This document shows, in pieces, positions 40,963-55,005 of a DNA stretch of 64,000 bases. Positions within the stretch are counted from its first letter, which is position 1. Each line of letters begins with the position of its first letter. Position numbers and translations under genes: made by a program. A model generated the notes under the pieces. That model was not told where the DNA came from and ran no database searches. It saw only the letters and a list, made by a program, of their open reading frames with translations. The stretch comes from Trichoplax adhaerens (lineage: Eukaryota > Animalia > Placozoa), in the NCBI RefSeq assembly GCF_000150275.1, contig NW_002060944.1:9217268-9281267 (forward strand), read 5' to 3'.

Positions 40963-41733
40963 GATCGCTCAGGTAAAGGCTACAAGAGACGTTGGGGACG
41001 AATGATACTTATGCGCTAGTTAAGTCATCAATGTACAGTATGGAGCTAAGCTGCAGTTGGGAATTCTCTATGGTCAATGCCGATGATCGGTACCAGTAGT
41101 ACCCAGGTGCGACGTCAGTCTAAACAAGGATAAGGTACCAAATGGCTAAAAGTGATACGGGGTATAGTATGGAATACAGTGCGCATCGATGACAAGGATT
41201 TTGACAAAATTGCCAGGCCAGGCAGATTCCACTTTGGGTGATTGGAAAAATCATTTCCTCCATGCAAATATTGATTTTCTTTGAGCAATAGTTGAATAAT
41301 TTGGTCGTAAATTTGGGGTTTTAGGCTCATTGAAAGTGCCTAATAAGAAGAATTAGCATTACTTTTCTTATACAACTTCTATTAGTAGAGATAGACCGCT
41401 TTAATGCGGAGTATTTCCCTGCCAATATCTCGCAATTGGCGAGAAAATCGCCATTTTAGATGCATTTGAACACGCATTGTCTATCATCCTACTACTTTGA
41501 AATCATTTTGCTCTACAGTTGAAAGAATTTAATCGACAATGTTACTTGTTCTCGTTCTATAGATATGCTATCTCTATATTATCTTACTACAAGCCGAAAA
41601 TTTGTAAGAAGGAAAATTATAACTACAGTGATCAAATGAGACACTGCAGGCTTACTGCTAGGCCGATCTTCGACATCGACCGATGGCACGATTCTAAATT
41701 ATTCAATTATAAAATTTAGATATACGCGTACTG

Positions 41734-41909
41734 TAGAGTCCTTTAATGGAGTGAAAATGCAACCTAAACCCCAATCAAATTGTTGATTTTCCAACCCGAA
41801 ATGAAAAAAATCGCTATACAAACACTGTATCATCACAGAAATTTTTAACCCGAATCCTACCCTCGAATCGGGTTCGAGTCGGGCTTCCGGTTGACTTTTA
41901 AGAACACTG
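41734..41909. mobile_element. Non-autonomous hAT-superfamily MITE-like element, 176 bp
   Basis: Flanked by gcgtactg (41726-41733) and gcgtacag (41910-41917), a 7/8 match for an 8-bp TSD. Ends TAGAGTCCTTTAATG and (reverse complement) CAGTGTTCTTAAAAG match 10/15 and both fit YAGNG. Internal aacccga/tcgggtt motifs are present. Confidence 0.55.
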
Positions 41910-43919
41910 GCGTACAGTATATTCCTATTATTGATTACTCTAAATACCGACGATCTCCCCTAGCATCAAGAGGCTGCAATATATTGCTATATCTATATTG
42001 CTAGACATAACGGAAACCAAACTGGATTGAAAAAAAATGGACCAATTTAAAGTAAATCGATATAAACACAAATTAATTACAGCATTAGTACACAGATATT
42101 AATAATGGACAAGTACTCTGTTATCTATCAAAAACATGTAAGGCATCCTAGATAAATCATCATCAGTACATTCCTGGATAAGTTATCTAAAATGAAATAT
42201 ATTACGACTGCTATACTTTACTGTATAAGCACTTTTGCAGCATACCTGTATAATTCATGGATGCCTGTAATACTTAACGTATAGATTACCATTAATTCTA
42301 ATTATATTTATTATGAGAACATACAGTATTACAGTATGAACTAGTAGATTATTCTACAAGATGTTGCTGTTGCTCGTGTTGTTAATCCATCTATGTCGGT
42401 CTATCACAATTTTGAATATAAATTAGCAGCATAACTTATTAAAACTCAGCATACTCTCTGTTTCGTATACTGTACGTGGATTCGGTCTTCTTGTCCGTTT
42501 CATTTTAATAGATTGATACTCACGACCAATAACTATCTCAACATCCAATTGATCGAACTTGACATCGAAATAAATATTATTAAACGTAAATTAAAGCTTA
42601 AATTTCCATCTTCCATCTTGAGCATCCTTTTACTGAATAGGATATTGCAATACTGCATATTGCATACTATAATTAATCTTTTACAATAGGAACAATGCTT
42701 AATAGGATGCCTTCCCACTCCAAAATTAACGAAAACTTGATATATTAATCAAACTACGCAAATAGATTTTCAAGAACGAAAATGAAATATATCCGATTGC
42801 AGTGTACTAATCTACACAACTCAAGGAGCATTGCACTACTTGGTTTATACTGCTCTCGCAAACTCGGGATTAAAATATTAAAAAGATGTATGAAAAATAA
42901 ATCGTTGACAATGCCGCCAATTAGTCCGTCAATTCTACAATTTTAAAATCGCCATCTTGATATTTTTTCTATATGGCTCGTTTGAATAAATATCTTATTG
43001 CACGGATTAGCTTAGTTTTGATATTATCATAGAGAGAATAGACATAATTGCATGGTTGCGTAGCTGGAGTTAATTTATTGGATAAATGATTCTCGAATTA
43101 CATAGGAAAATCGATCGATGTAGATATTAGTAATATAGCGGAATAATTATAGAATCTACCATATAGTTTTCTTACATCACTACGCAGGAGTTAAATATGC
43201 TAGCAGTCCTATAGGTTTGCTATCTATGACAGATAATATTATAATTTACCTTTGTACGTATCGAAATAGCCACCAAATACTAAATTTTATCGATGAACAG
43301 AGCTAATAGCAATTGATCTATTTATTTGAAATCATTTATGATGGATCAGAATGACTATAACTGACTTACTATAAAGCTCATTATAATTGATATCTACGTA
43401 TGCTCTATTAATTAAGGCATCTTTTCACAAAGAGTTATAGTATTTTATGAATTCATGTATTTCAACTAATTTTCAATAAATTATCAAATTAGACCTGCTA
43501 TGGAGCTCTACGGAATAGATGTCTATGAAAGATGATCTACTTCCAGCAACTGTTACTACTGTTTATATCTAAATGGCTTATGTTTATCGAATTTGTGGAT
43601 AATCAGAACTAAAGAATGACTTCTCTCTATTTACTTGAAACTAATCTATTTCAATCAGAATTTACCAAATTAGTTCTGCTATAGCATTGGCTAGAGCTGA
43701 CATTGATGACAACGAAGGACTTTAATACTTATTGAGCTTATTTGTATCGGTTATCCATTAAATTATTAATGTTATGCTTTGGAGCTTTGATTTACAACAG
43801 AATCTAATATACGAGTACTATTGATAATCTAAAAACTAAAATTGAAAGATTGATTTACAAGCCCATATAACGGTGTACATAAGAAGGAGCTAAAGCTGGG
43901 CTGATGTAAAGTAATTGGA

Positions 43920-45564
43920 TTAATAAATAGGTGGGGCAGTACTGCCTAACCACCAACTGGTAATCGATCCATCCGCGCCAGAACAAGAGAAATCTTTTGT
44001 ACATTTATTATAGCTACCAAATAGATTAGCTGTTGCTGGTGCTCCAGGTGGATAATCGCTTACTCCACATGCTGTTACTTTAGCTGGTTCTGACACGAGG
44101 AGTAGATCATGCTTATCACAGTATGATTTGCTTTCATCAACGCTCATATGCAAATGGATATCATTACGACTAAATACTGGAATTGATTTAGCGCTAAAAG
44201 AAGCTCCAAAGACGTTTCCGCTAACGCTTAAGCAATTGTCGGAAGCTAATGTTAGCCAAGCACTTTCGAAAAATAAACGTTTACTATTTTGATCAAGGGT
44301 GCCCTTGATATAGTCATGGCCAACCGACGATGATTGGAATTGATTTGGATTAATAACTACATTGCAAGAAGACATGAACATCGTCGATTTCGAAGCAAGA
44401 TATTCCATACGGGCTTTGGATAAACGATATAAATCAAGAGGAAATACAGATGAAGACGTATCTTCGTTAACAGCTGTGTCAATTGCAAAGCTGGCTGCAA
44501 TTTTAGAATGAAGTGAATTGGTCTTATTGAATGATTCAATTAAAGTATAGATATCCAGTCCATCGTAATAGCACAAGACGTTATATGGCTGATCGTTAAC
44601 ATCATAGACTGTCTTCTGAGCAACTTTGCTTCCTGCTTGGGGGAAATCAACGCAGGATCTGGCTTTAAAAGTTGCAGCGTTAACACACTAAAAAGTCATA
44701 ATGGTAAGCATAATTAAAGCGAATGTTGGTGGTCGTAAAAATAGTTCACATAAAATATTAATAAAATTTTGAATTTAGTATAGAGTAAATGCTAGTCTTT
44801 TGATGCTACTAGCAGATATTCACTAAATTAGTAATACTTAACAAATGCTATCGTAACCAATCTGATAGCAATATTATGTGCTAAACCTTAGAGATTCCTT
44901 TATTCAATTACAATTTTTAATTAATAATATATGCTAATATCCTTTCCATCGTCTTGGTTTAATAAAAATAGCAAACAAGTCAGGTTTAACCTTGTTTTGA
45001 CTATAGATATTCCGACAGTAATATTTATACTAGCTAATAAAGGAAAAAATTATCTAATTTATTCAAATACTATGTAGTAATATCTATTAAAAAAATGTTG
45101 CTTAAAAAGAGATCAACCGCGGGACTTTAGTGCCCAAGCTATTTCCTGTGTAAGGTAATGGAAGTATACGCATATAAGTAGAAATATCGGTAAAAATATA
45201 CGCTGATTAAAATCTGTCAGTAGTTGAAATATTTTGCATTAGATCTATATTGCAAAGCAGTTTGATTCTATTCGCTAGCAATCTTTTTCTATGGGAACAA
45301 ATTAAAAGTTCTAAATTACAGTATTTTCATCCACTGTTTAAATTACACGAGTGATAAAAGATTTCAAGTGAAAAATTGTACTAAAAGAACGATACGTTAT
45401 CAATGATTGAGATCTACTACAAGATATCTCAAAGGATAGCTGAAAAGTAATGGATTAGCATAGTTAATGATCGAGAATTGAAATCAAGGATAAAAAAATT
45501 GTAATAATAAACTTACACTGCATAAGAAAAGAGTCAAGAAGATGTTAGTAGCTAATTTGATCAT
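43920..45564 (-). CDS. Secreted 8-cysteine protein of unknown function, paralogue A (271 aa, 2 exons)
   Basis: Signal-peptide exon 45517-45564 (MIKLATNIFLTLFLCS), phase-0 intron, then exon 43920-44687 (CVNAATFKARSCVDF...YNVLCYYDG...YTLIESF...DLYRLSKARM...SITSWWLG). Confidence 0.85.
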
Positions 45565-48500
45565 GTTAGATTCAAATTCTTGGAATAAGATTTCAGGTAA
45601 GTTGATGGATAGTTGAGAATTTATGTACAAGGAATCAATGGATTGATGATACCTCAAATCAAAATTCTAATGATACTTTACTGGTAATTTGTGCTGCAGA
45701 AATAATTTAAAAAGAGGTTGGATTGCACTTTTGTAGTAATTTCGAACTCTATACAAATTAAACACAATCCATAATGAATGATATCGTCCAACATTATCAT
45801 GACATCTAACCCTGGCCTTATGTTGACAATTACAATTTCATTTATTATTAACATTGTCTAGCGTGACGAGATCAAAAAATATCCTAATATACTGTAAATA
45901 AATAAAATCTCGATCTATTTTAGTTACGTTATTTATCTAGCCTATTCAATCGGTACTGATTACATTGCATCAGATATAGAGGAGTCCATTTAATGTCGCT
46001 TACAAATTTTTTCCATAAACTGATTGCTTTTTTCATAAATTTGTGCAATTAATTCCAATTTAAAGAGTCAATTTATATGCAAGAGGAAATGGATTATCGA
46101 TTTAAATAAATAAATAAGACATTAATGTCATTGATTTATTAGCTAATCCGCAGTATAATTCAATTTAGGTCATCATTATTTCACAATGACAGGATACAAG
46201 TGGATACATGATTGCATAAAGGCAATTAATTTTTAAACTAAATAGATTAACAAGTAAATATGCGGTAGGTACATATACTATATAAATTTTTACGTATATC
46301 TAACGCATTGTTTAATTTTGTTACTAAGCTGTCTCAGGAGAATTTGGAGCTAGATTATATTCGTAATATGTGCATGAAATAGACTTAATAATCTAAGACC
46401 GATAATCTTTTAAGCACTAAATTTAATATTGAGATCATCATAATTCTTATACGGTAGCTAACAGGCTAATTCTTAGTAAAGAGTTTCTTTAACGAGCTAA
46501 TACCTATTCTATCTTTTTGTACGTTTAATATTTATTAAACTATAATGATAGTAAGGCGTTTTTTTGCCATGAATAAGCAGAATCTTTTATGTTATAATTT
46601 GATTTTAGAATAGAGCTGGAAGCAATAATTGTTACAGGTGGAAACTTGAACCATCAGTAAAACTAACAAATCCGATCAGACTGAGTATTTAGTATCCAAA
46701 ATCCAGACAATGTGTTGACGAGAGTGAGCTCAGTCGATCCTTGGATGAATAGCAAACATTCCCTTCCTTAAACTCCTACTTAGTCTTATCTATTTTCGAG
46801 TATTATCTTATTTCCTCTCACTGAGATGTATGAATGAGAAACAATCATAAAAATGAAATAATCAACAATTCTAAGAATTTTAGAATACATCCAACAATAA
46901 AATTGGCAGTAGTACATTAAACTTGATTACTTTATTAAATTTGCAGTAGATAATTTCTATAATAAACTCTCTGTTAGAATTAGAGTAACAGCTGGAGAGC
47001 TGAATTGTTGTATGTGAATCTAGTTTGCGCAGGTGTTGCATTGATTTATCCTTATAACATCCAACTAAACAGGCTCAATCAGATTTGTATCATTGACATT
47101 TGCTATAATTATTAGCAAATATTTATAATCATATAATTATCTATACGAATAGATACCCATAATTCTTTAGTTGTACTTCTCCTTAAAGGTAGATCAATTA
47201 AGGTCTATTCATTAGCTTGTAAATATCAAAAATATCTATTGGATTTCCTTAGCCTACAAGCGAAATAAGTCTGGATTTGATAGATCCAGGTGAAGTTCTT
47301 ATCCTTATTTGAATAATTTTGACATTTACAAGGGATTTTACTATAAATGACTTCAGCTATTTTCCTATAGAAAAAGCATTAGAAATGCTGTAAGCTAACT
47401 TCTCAGCTATACTTGAAGCCATTCTATGATATTATTTTTGAAGCCAACGTCGAGATAATTTCAAGATAAAGATGTGTTGCAAAACAAATATTTGCTGAAA
47501 GCTTAGAGATACAGATGGTACAGTATTTGATAAAAATTATCTTTTCATGAAACAAATGCAGATTAACATGGTCAACAGCTTTGGCCGATGATTTTTACAT
47601 TTAATTGTGGCCTTAAAGTAAATGAGAAACGTTGATGCAAATCATTTCATTTATTGCTAGCTATATGAGGAATATGCTTGCTTAACTGCCGTGAAAGTAT
47701 TAATATTCATAAAATTATTTCAAAGTAACCAGGTTATTTGAATTTACTTAGATGTTGCAGATGCTAATAATTGATTGGAATTGAAAAGAATTACATCATT
47801 ATCGTTGTATATAATCTAGCAGAAGCCGCTTTAATTAAACTACAGTAATCCTGTTAGTGCTATTTGAATTTTATCAATGATAATTTAATTGAGTAAGAAT
47901 TTCACTTAGAATTCATTATAGGATCAAATTTGTAACATAGAAGCCAAAATTTAATTATTTTTCTCATAAACTTTTTGACTGCATTTTAAAGTAGTCGTGT
48001 AAACAAGAAGATATCCATTGCTCTATCTGGAGGTATTGCAAATACTCAAATCAGGATTAAGTAATATTTTTGGTGAGCAATAGTTATGAAAGAACTAGTA
48101 CAGCTAGTTAATTCACCTTATTTAAGAAATTCTCTATCGAAGCCTTTGCCACTTCTTATAGTTCAGTATAGACATGGAGAGCTTAATGATTGATCTGGTT
48201 TAAATTTAAAAATATCGCTCAGAACAGGAATTTTATTGATGGTATCAAGATCAGTGAAATTTCTATTTTGAGCATACATTCGCTTATACATAAGATGACT
48301 TGCAATAAAGATTACAGAGGTAGATATTGGCTAATGTTAAGCAACAGTGCATCCAAATAATTTACTTGTGCCTCAAGTTCTGGCTGTCGATATCTAAAAG
48401 CTATAATTTAATTGTCTTTAATTACTTTAACGATAAAATTTATAAAATAAATAGTAATAGCTTGTTTTTTATCTAATTTCGTCAACATGAATTTCATTCT

Positions 48501-51500
48501 AGCTTTTTTGTATGGGTTATTAGCATGCATAGCAATGTATCTTATAACATATCTGATACCCTACTGAACAACGTAACAACGATGGGTAGAAAAGTCATAA
48601 ACGAAATTGAATGGCAATTAATTATGAGATAGAAGCAATCTGATAGTAAACGGAGACTATTTTGTATTATTTTATTCGCTGACGATTTAGAAGTAGTATG
48701 TTATAAGTAAAATTAATTTATTGGGTTCCTAAGATAATTGGAGTGTTAGTTTAATGTCTTTTATCTGCAAATGGATATGCTAGCATATCTAAGTATTTGC
48801 TGCTATGCACGTAAGTGTAGCTGATGGAAATGGTGTGTAGTATATCACCTCTGTAAATAATTCTTACGGAACTAGCAAATTCTTCTCTTAACTATTATCA
48901 TACAAGCGTAAACTATAGTTCAGTATGGCCTAGAACCTTGGTAAAATAGTATCAGTACAAAACTTGTAGAGTTATGTAACAGCTAATTTCCATATGCCAT
49001 TTATGTTTAATAACGAGAGTTTATCTACCACGATTGATTCTTAATAGCTAATCAATTTTGAAGTAAATACAATTTTGATTAAATATGTAAAAGTTATGAG
49101 ATAGAAAGCTTTAAAATGCCAGAGTCTTGACTAACACAAAATTTCATCAATTTACAAACTTAACTTAGAATTTATTTAATGTTATACTACATACGGGTTT
49201 CCTTATCGTTACTACAGTATCAGTATTAGGGGGGGGGCATGATGGATTAAAGTTACGATAAACCGAATAAAAACCAAAAAATTATTAACAGTAGCTAATT
49301 CATACGTTTTATTCGAAGTGTTATAATCCTAATACGAATTCAAAGTTAACTCTTAAGAATACCAAAGCGAAAGCCACAATATGTAAAAATGATCAACCAA
49401 TCACAAAAATTCAAAGAATAGCATGAATAGGCAAATGTTTGCTAATAATTTGAATGAAACTGAAATTTTTCATGTTTAGTATTTGTAAATTTTGATTTTT
49501 TCTCATGCTATGGCCGGAAAATACTGCTCTGATTTCAGCTATTTTTCAATTCCGGTTATTAGCCCAGATAGTTTACTCATTTATTTTAGCTAATTGAATT
49601 ATTGAACCGGATATGATCTTTACATATGCACGTTTTATGTTATCTTTCATTTCTCAAGCAATTAATAATGACTTGATGACATCTGTTAACAAGATTTTTT
49701 GTATTCTCTTTTTCTTATGGCTTCATCTTAGTAATATGAGAAAAATAATCAATTTCTTCAAAATGAATATTGGGTGTGTTACAACAAAGCTGCGAAATTA
49801 ATTCCTAAATCCAATTTAACTACAACAATGAGAATATGATCTTAAAAACTTTAGTTCACTTCCAGGTTAATCATCCATCCTACAAAATTAACCTTATTAT
49901 GAGATTGCACTCAGTAAAATTGTAAAAAATTCAATTTTTAATCATCATGATGAGTAGTTTTAATTATTAATTTTACATGCTGACAGGTATGTATTCATCG
50001 TCCCGTAAAATTAGTAATGGGCAACAGATGGTAGTATCTCTTTGGTTGGATGAATTATAGAACTTCGGTCTTGCTCACAATTTATCCTCTTCTACCTTTA
50101 AATCATTGCTGACTTAGATATATTCCCGTACGATACTATGGCAATTTATCAAGTTGACCAATATTAATCTCTAACTACACTTTTAATGTCAGATGGGTTG
50201 GGCTTAAATCCGAACTAGGTTAATCTTGGCAATCTAGAACTATAGCTGAAGTAATACTACTTATGTTTGTATTTAGGGCGTATGGTGGAGCCGGGCAAAT
50301 TATGTTACATTATGAGATTATTATCTCCTAACTATCAGTTCCATGTGTTTAATTCCAATAATGAAGATTTAAAGTACTGTCAACGTAGAGTCAGTTATTA
50401 CAAGCGTGACCTATTACCATAATTTATTGTTGATGATGATAGTGGCTTATCCTTGAATGTTAAGTCATTAATTACTAGTTTGGTCTTCCCCTTTCAATTC
50501 TATAAAATATTATCAGTCACCATATCCTAATTAAATCTCATTAGGAAATGATCGTGAATAATCGTGACTCCGCTGTTAAAAAATTTACAATTGTTGTCAT
50601 ATCAGAATTATCTATATAGCTCACGAGAACTAGACCATTGATCCGTTGCTTTTATCTATGATAAAGTCACGCGAATAGATTTGTATTATTTAGTCTAACA
50701 TTAATCCCGTTCCTGGTATATGGCTCTCTCTAATTCACAATTACGACAAATATTTTTAGAATTACTTTTGATTTTGTGCCTGTTGTTTATATCCTTTCAG
50801 AATCATTTATAGATAGGTTGATGATATAAAGTGCCTTCTCATTATGCACGTGAACTCCCTATAACTTCAAAATCTACCTCCGCTTTGGCTATATCACGCG
50901 AGTTCTTGCAAAGTAAATTATATCAAATTGATGTTTGTTCTTGACCTTTTCTTTTTCGTTCTACTTTGACTCAACTGATTTGATACTATGGCTAAATAAG
51001 TATTCTATGGGTCTAAAATAGCAGCAGCTCTAAATTTCTACTTTTCCTAGTTTTCTTGTTCATTATTCATGGCATAGAGATGCGGCTACATAACATAATT
51101 AAGATGTGAAAGAAGTAGCTTTTATATTGCAAATATAACAAGATACCGATCTAATCTTCTATGGTGTATCCGGATATGCCCTACTTTAAATTAAGTTTGA
51201 AACGCAGCTGTTGCAAAGGCTATTAAAACTGGGCAAGTCTGATAGTGTTATATAACTATGTACATAAGTAGTTTAACTTAAACATTGGGTACTTGAGAGG
51301 ATAAAATATGAAACAACACTAGTTTAATCATGGTGCATCTTTTTTCTGCCATAAGTTAGTAACTTATCCCTCTTCTATCGCTTTTAGTTAGTTTTTATAC
51401 GCTGTTCAGTAGCAGACTAAGTTTGAAATAAATTATTACTATCATATCACTAAAATTACTTCTAATACACCTTTAGCGTTTCGTTGAGTAAGAGTATATT

Positions 51501-52936
51501 CTACTCAATAAATAATATTAGCGGAATATGATTCAATAATATCATTGAAGCGTAAAAAATTTGAGAATAGAATTACGGAACTACCTTAATTAAAAAATCG
51601 GATGAAATGCTAGACCTTTTGCTTCTACTCTATAATCTATATTGATTTTAGTACTGGCTGATAAAATGCAATTGGCGTGAGCAAGCTGACCGATATAGAT
51701 CGAGGATACAATATTGTGTATATATAAATATAGAAATACAGTAACAGCATTTTCTAATATCTTTAATGAAACTAATCGAATTTCTAGTTACATCAATAGC
51801 ATTTATATCATAGTAGAGGAGCTTATTAGGTTGCAACGTGTCAAGATTATGTTGTTTCACTCGAAAGTAATAAAGTAAAGGGAATTCTATGTTCTTATTT
51901 CTCAATCTTCTACATTTCTTAAAAATTTTGACAATGTGCTACAGAACCGTAGTGCATTGAATTACCGTAGGTAGTCTAGGATACATCAGCAAGCAGTTGA
52001 GGAAACTGAAGAAGGTACAAGTGGTTCTTTAGATTTAGATAGAATTCAAATTTTAAGAATCTTGTTCTTAGCATTAGGAAATAAGCCGATCATATCTAGA
52101 ACTCAAATTTCCCACGCTCATGGACTTATGATAAGATTGGATCATATTCAGTTAATTATAGTTATCAGATCTCCTCAGGATCTGAGGTATACGCCCATAT
52201 TTCCGCCGTGTTTAGTTGCCTACAGCGATTTAATGGAACGCTGAGAAATTCGAACCCGTTGGAAGTTATAAGCCCTTTTTAACGGTTTAAAGTTTTATTT
52301 ACGTAGTAAATCACACATTTGCACAGTATTGCTTTCTTATCAATACTATGGGATGATTGAATTAACTATGTATCTTTTAAAGTTGATGATATTGAAATCT
52401 ATATCATGAGTCTATTGAGAAGTCATTGCTATGCTATACCCATGGCTATTAATAAAATAAAATAATCTAAATGGGTAGAATGAATTGAAATGATAGTCTT
52501 ATTTTTCTACTTCAGAAGTTACGATAATTACTATAATAAATATCAGTAAATAAATAGTAACTAAAGCTAAACGCTAGAATAGGTCTTTATAGCATGGATT
52601 TTCGTTGAAAATGATAATAATTTAATCGTTTTTTAAAGAAGCACAATCTAGACTAATAGAAGCAGAATAATTAAAACTAATAGAATATAACAGTATTATT
52701 CTAGTTCCTACATCATTTACCAATACTAGTCAGATCAAATTAAATCATCTAACTATGGCATCGCAACGATACCAACTAGTTTTAACGATATCTTCTAATA
52801 AAATGACCGTCAAGGCTATTAATATTATGACATTAAACAGCAAATAGTTGCTCTTATAGGCATTCATGAAGACAAATTTAAGTCTAGCAGCAACTTTATT
52901 CCATTTAAGTCATAATTTAATTCAATAATCATTTAT

Positions 52937-55005
52937 TTAGCTGGTTCCAGGCATAGGTGCACCAAGCCACCATGTGGTAATAGAATTATCATTTTTAGCG
53001 CAAGCAAATTGCGATGTGCATTTGTTATAGGAACCAAAGACATTGACTGATGCAGGTGCATTAGGTGGATAATCTCGAACACCACACTGTGCCGAATCAA
53101 CTGGATTAGTGATGAAATTGAAGTTATGCTTGCCGCACAAATCTGTCGATTCGTCGATGCTAGAATGGAAATGGACATTTGATTTGCTGTAAAATGGTAT
53201 TGATTTATCGTCAAAGTATTCTCCAAATAGCATACCACGAACAGTCATGCAATTATTAATACCATTATGAACAAATGCTGTATCAAAGAGTAGCTTTCGA
53301 CTATCAGCATTGAGAGAACTGATAATATAATCAGTACCTACTGATAGAGGATTAAAGGTGTTGTTTGGATTTGTTATAACATCACAAGAAGACCAAATAA
53401 ATGTTGATCGATCTGCTAAATATTTCATACGGTCTTTAGATAATCGATATAAGTCGATAGGGAATGCCTTATTATCGGCAACATCTTGATTAACGGGATT
53501 ATCAACAGAAAAACTGGCGGCTATATTGGCATCTAATGAATTGGTCTTATTAAAAGACTCAATCATAGTATAGACATCAACTCCTTGATATACGCATAAG
53601 ACGTTGTAGGGTTGATCATTGCCATCATAAATGACTCTTCGTACGACTGGTGTTCCTTTCGCTGAGAAATCAGCACAACTTCTTTTTAAAGGTTGTGCGG
53701 CACCATCGACCTAAAATAGTATAAATCGAAATTTAAAGATCAAGTAAATATCATCAGATTGCGCTTTTTTTATCGTACTGAATTATACGAATAAAATATA
53801 TAGAATAAAATCATCGTTGTGACATTTATAGACGCTAAGCTTAGTCAAATGCAACAAATAGTCCGATATTAAGATCTTTTGCAATTTGCGATGTTGTAAT
53901 CCTTGTATAATGACATAGAGTTATAATATAATTGTAAGGTATCTGAATTTGACAACTAGGTTTTATTGAATATTTAATACTTTTAATTTAAGGTCGATCA
54001 CTTATAAATTAATGGTTCACGAATTTTTTTTTCTGAAGGCTGTTGTATTCAATTTATCGAGTAAAAATTGAACTTTAAAACAATTATGGTAAAACATTGC
54101 CCTAAAAGTTCCCTAATGATTCGTAAATATGTCGAAAAATTGAGATACGAGTATAATTGATATTGCAGTACATAGCAATAATTTTTACACTTTTATTAAA
54201 CATCAGCTGGCAAATTGCATAGAAAATTAAAATAGTCTAATCAGGTGATTGTAAGAGCAACTGTTAAACTTGACTCTAATTGAACGGAATTTATCACACT
54301 TGATTTGATTTGAAAATTTTTCTTGCAGGAAAAACATCGGTATAACGTATCACTGAACTGTAACCACTATATACCATGATAAGTTATTAATCTCAGTATA
54401 AAAGGTTAATAGTTCTTAATCGGTATACGCTCCAGATATTCAGGACTTGATATTTTCTAATAAGTATTTAGGTGTTTATTGCAAGATAGTGTACGAAACA
54501 ACGGCTCTCTGTAATATTTCATTTGCTAATTTGAGTTATTGATCCTAACTAGAACAAATAGACTCCATTCAAGTCTGATGAGCTAAGTTACAAAATTATA
54601 CGCCAAACTGTTCAAAATCGACTGTCTCATTTATTTAAAGTAACTATTTAATGTTCTAAAAGTATCAAAATTTAGAAATGGTATTTATTAATATATCATT
54701 GTACACTCTATTTTCTTTCCTGTTACCTACAGGCTATTTAAATGTTTACATTGCTTTTAAGGATCGAATTTAAGCGAATAAATCGGATTTTAAGTGTTCT
54801 AGTTCTAATTAATATTATCATTCCATCTTAAAATAGAATTTTAAATTGCAATATCAATGTTATAAAGCTCTATAATATCCTAGGTATCGTTTCTGAATTA
54901 AATATGCTTTTTCCAAAATTATTTTAAAATACATGAATCGAATTTTCTTACATTGGAGAAGAATATAATCAGGCAGATGATCGCGGTCGTTAAGTATTTC
55001 TGCAT
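52937..55005 (-). CDS. Secreted 8-cysteine protein of unknown function, paralogue B (275 aa, 2 exons)
   Basis: Signal-peptide exon 54952-55005 (MQKYLTTAIICLIIFFSN), phase-0 intron, then exon 52937-53710 (VDGAAQPLKRSCADF...YNVLCVYQG...SITTWWLG); colinear with paralogue A. Confidence 0.85.

Noticed and set aside
52234-52290. Minus-strand GGGTTCGAATTTCTCAGCGTTCCA resembling a tRNA 3' end
   Set aside because: The T-stem pairs poorly and no D-arm, anticodon arm or acceptor stem can be built; at most a decayed fragment.
45600-52900. Possible hidden gene between the two secreted paralogues
   Set aside because: No coherent exon chain or recognisable peptide was found by eye; a weak gene cannot be fully excluded without RNA-seq.
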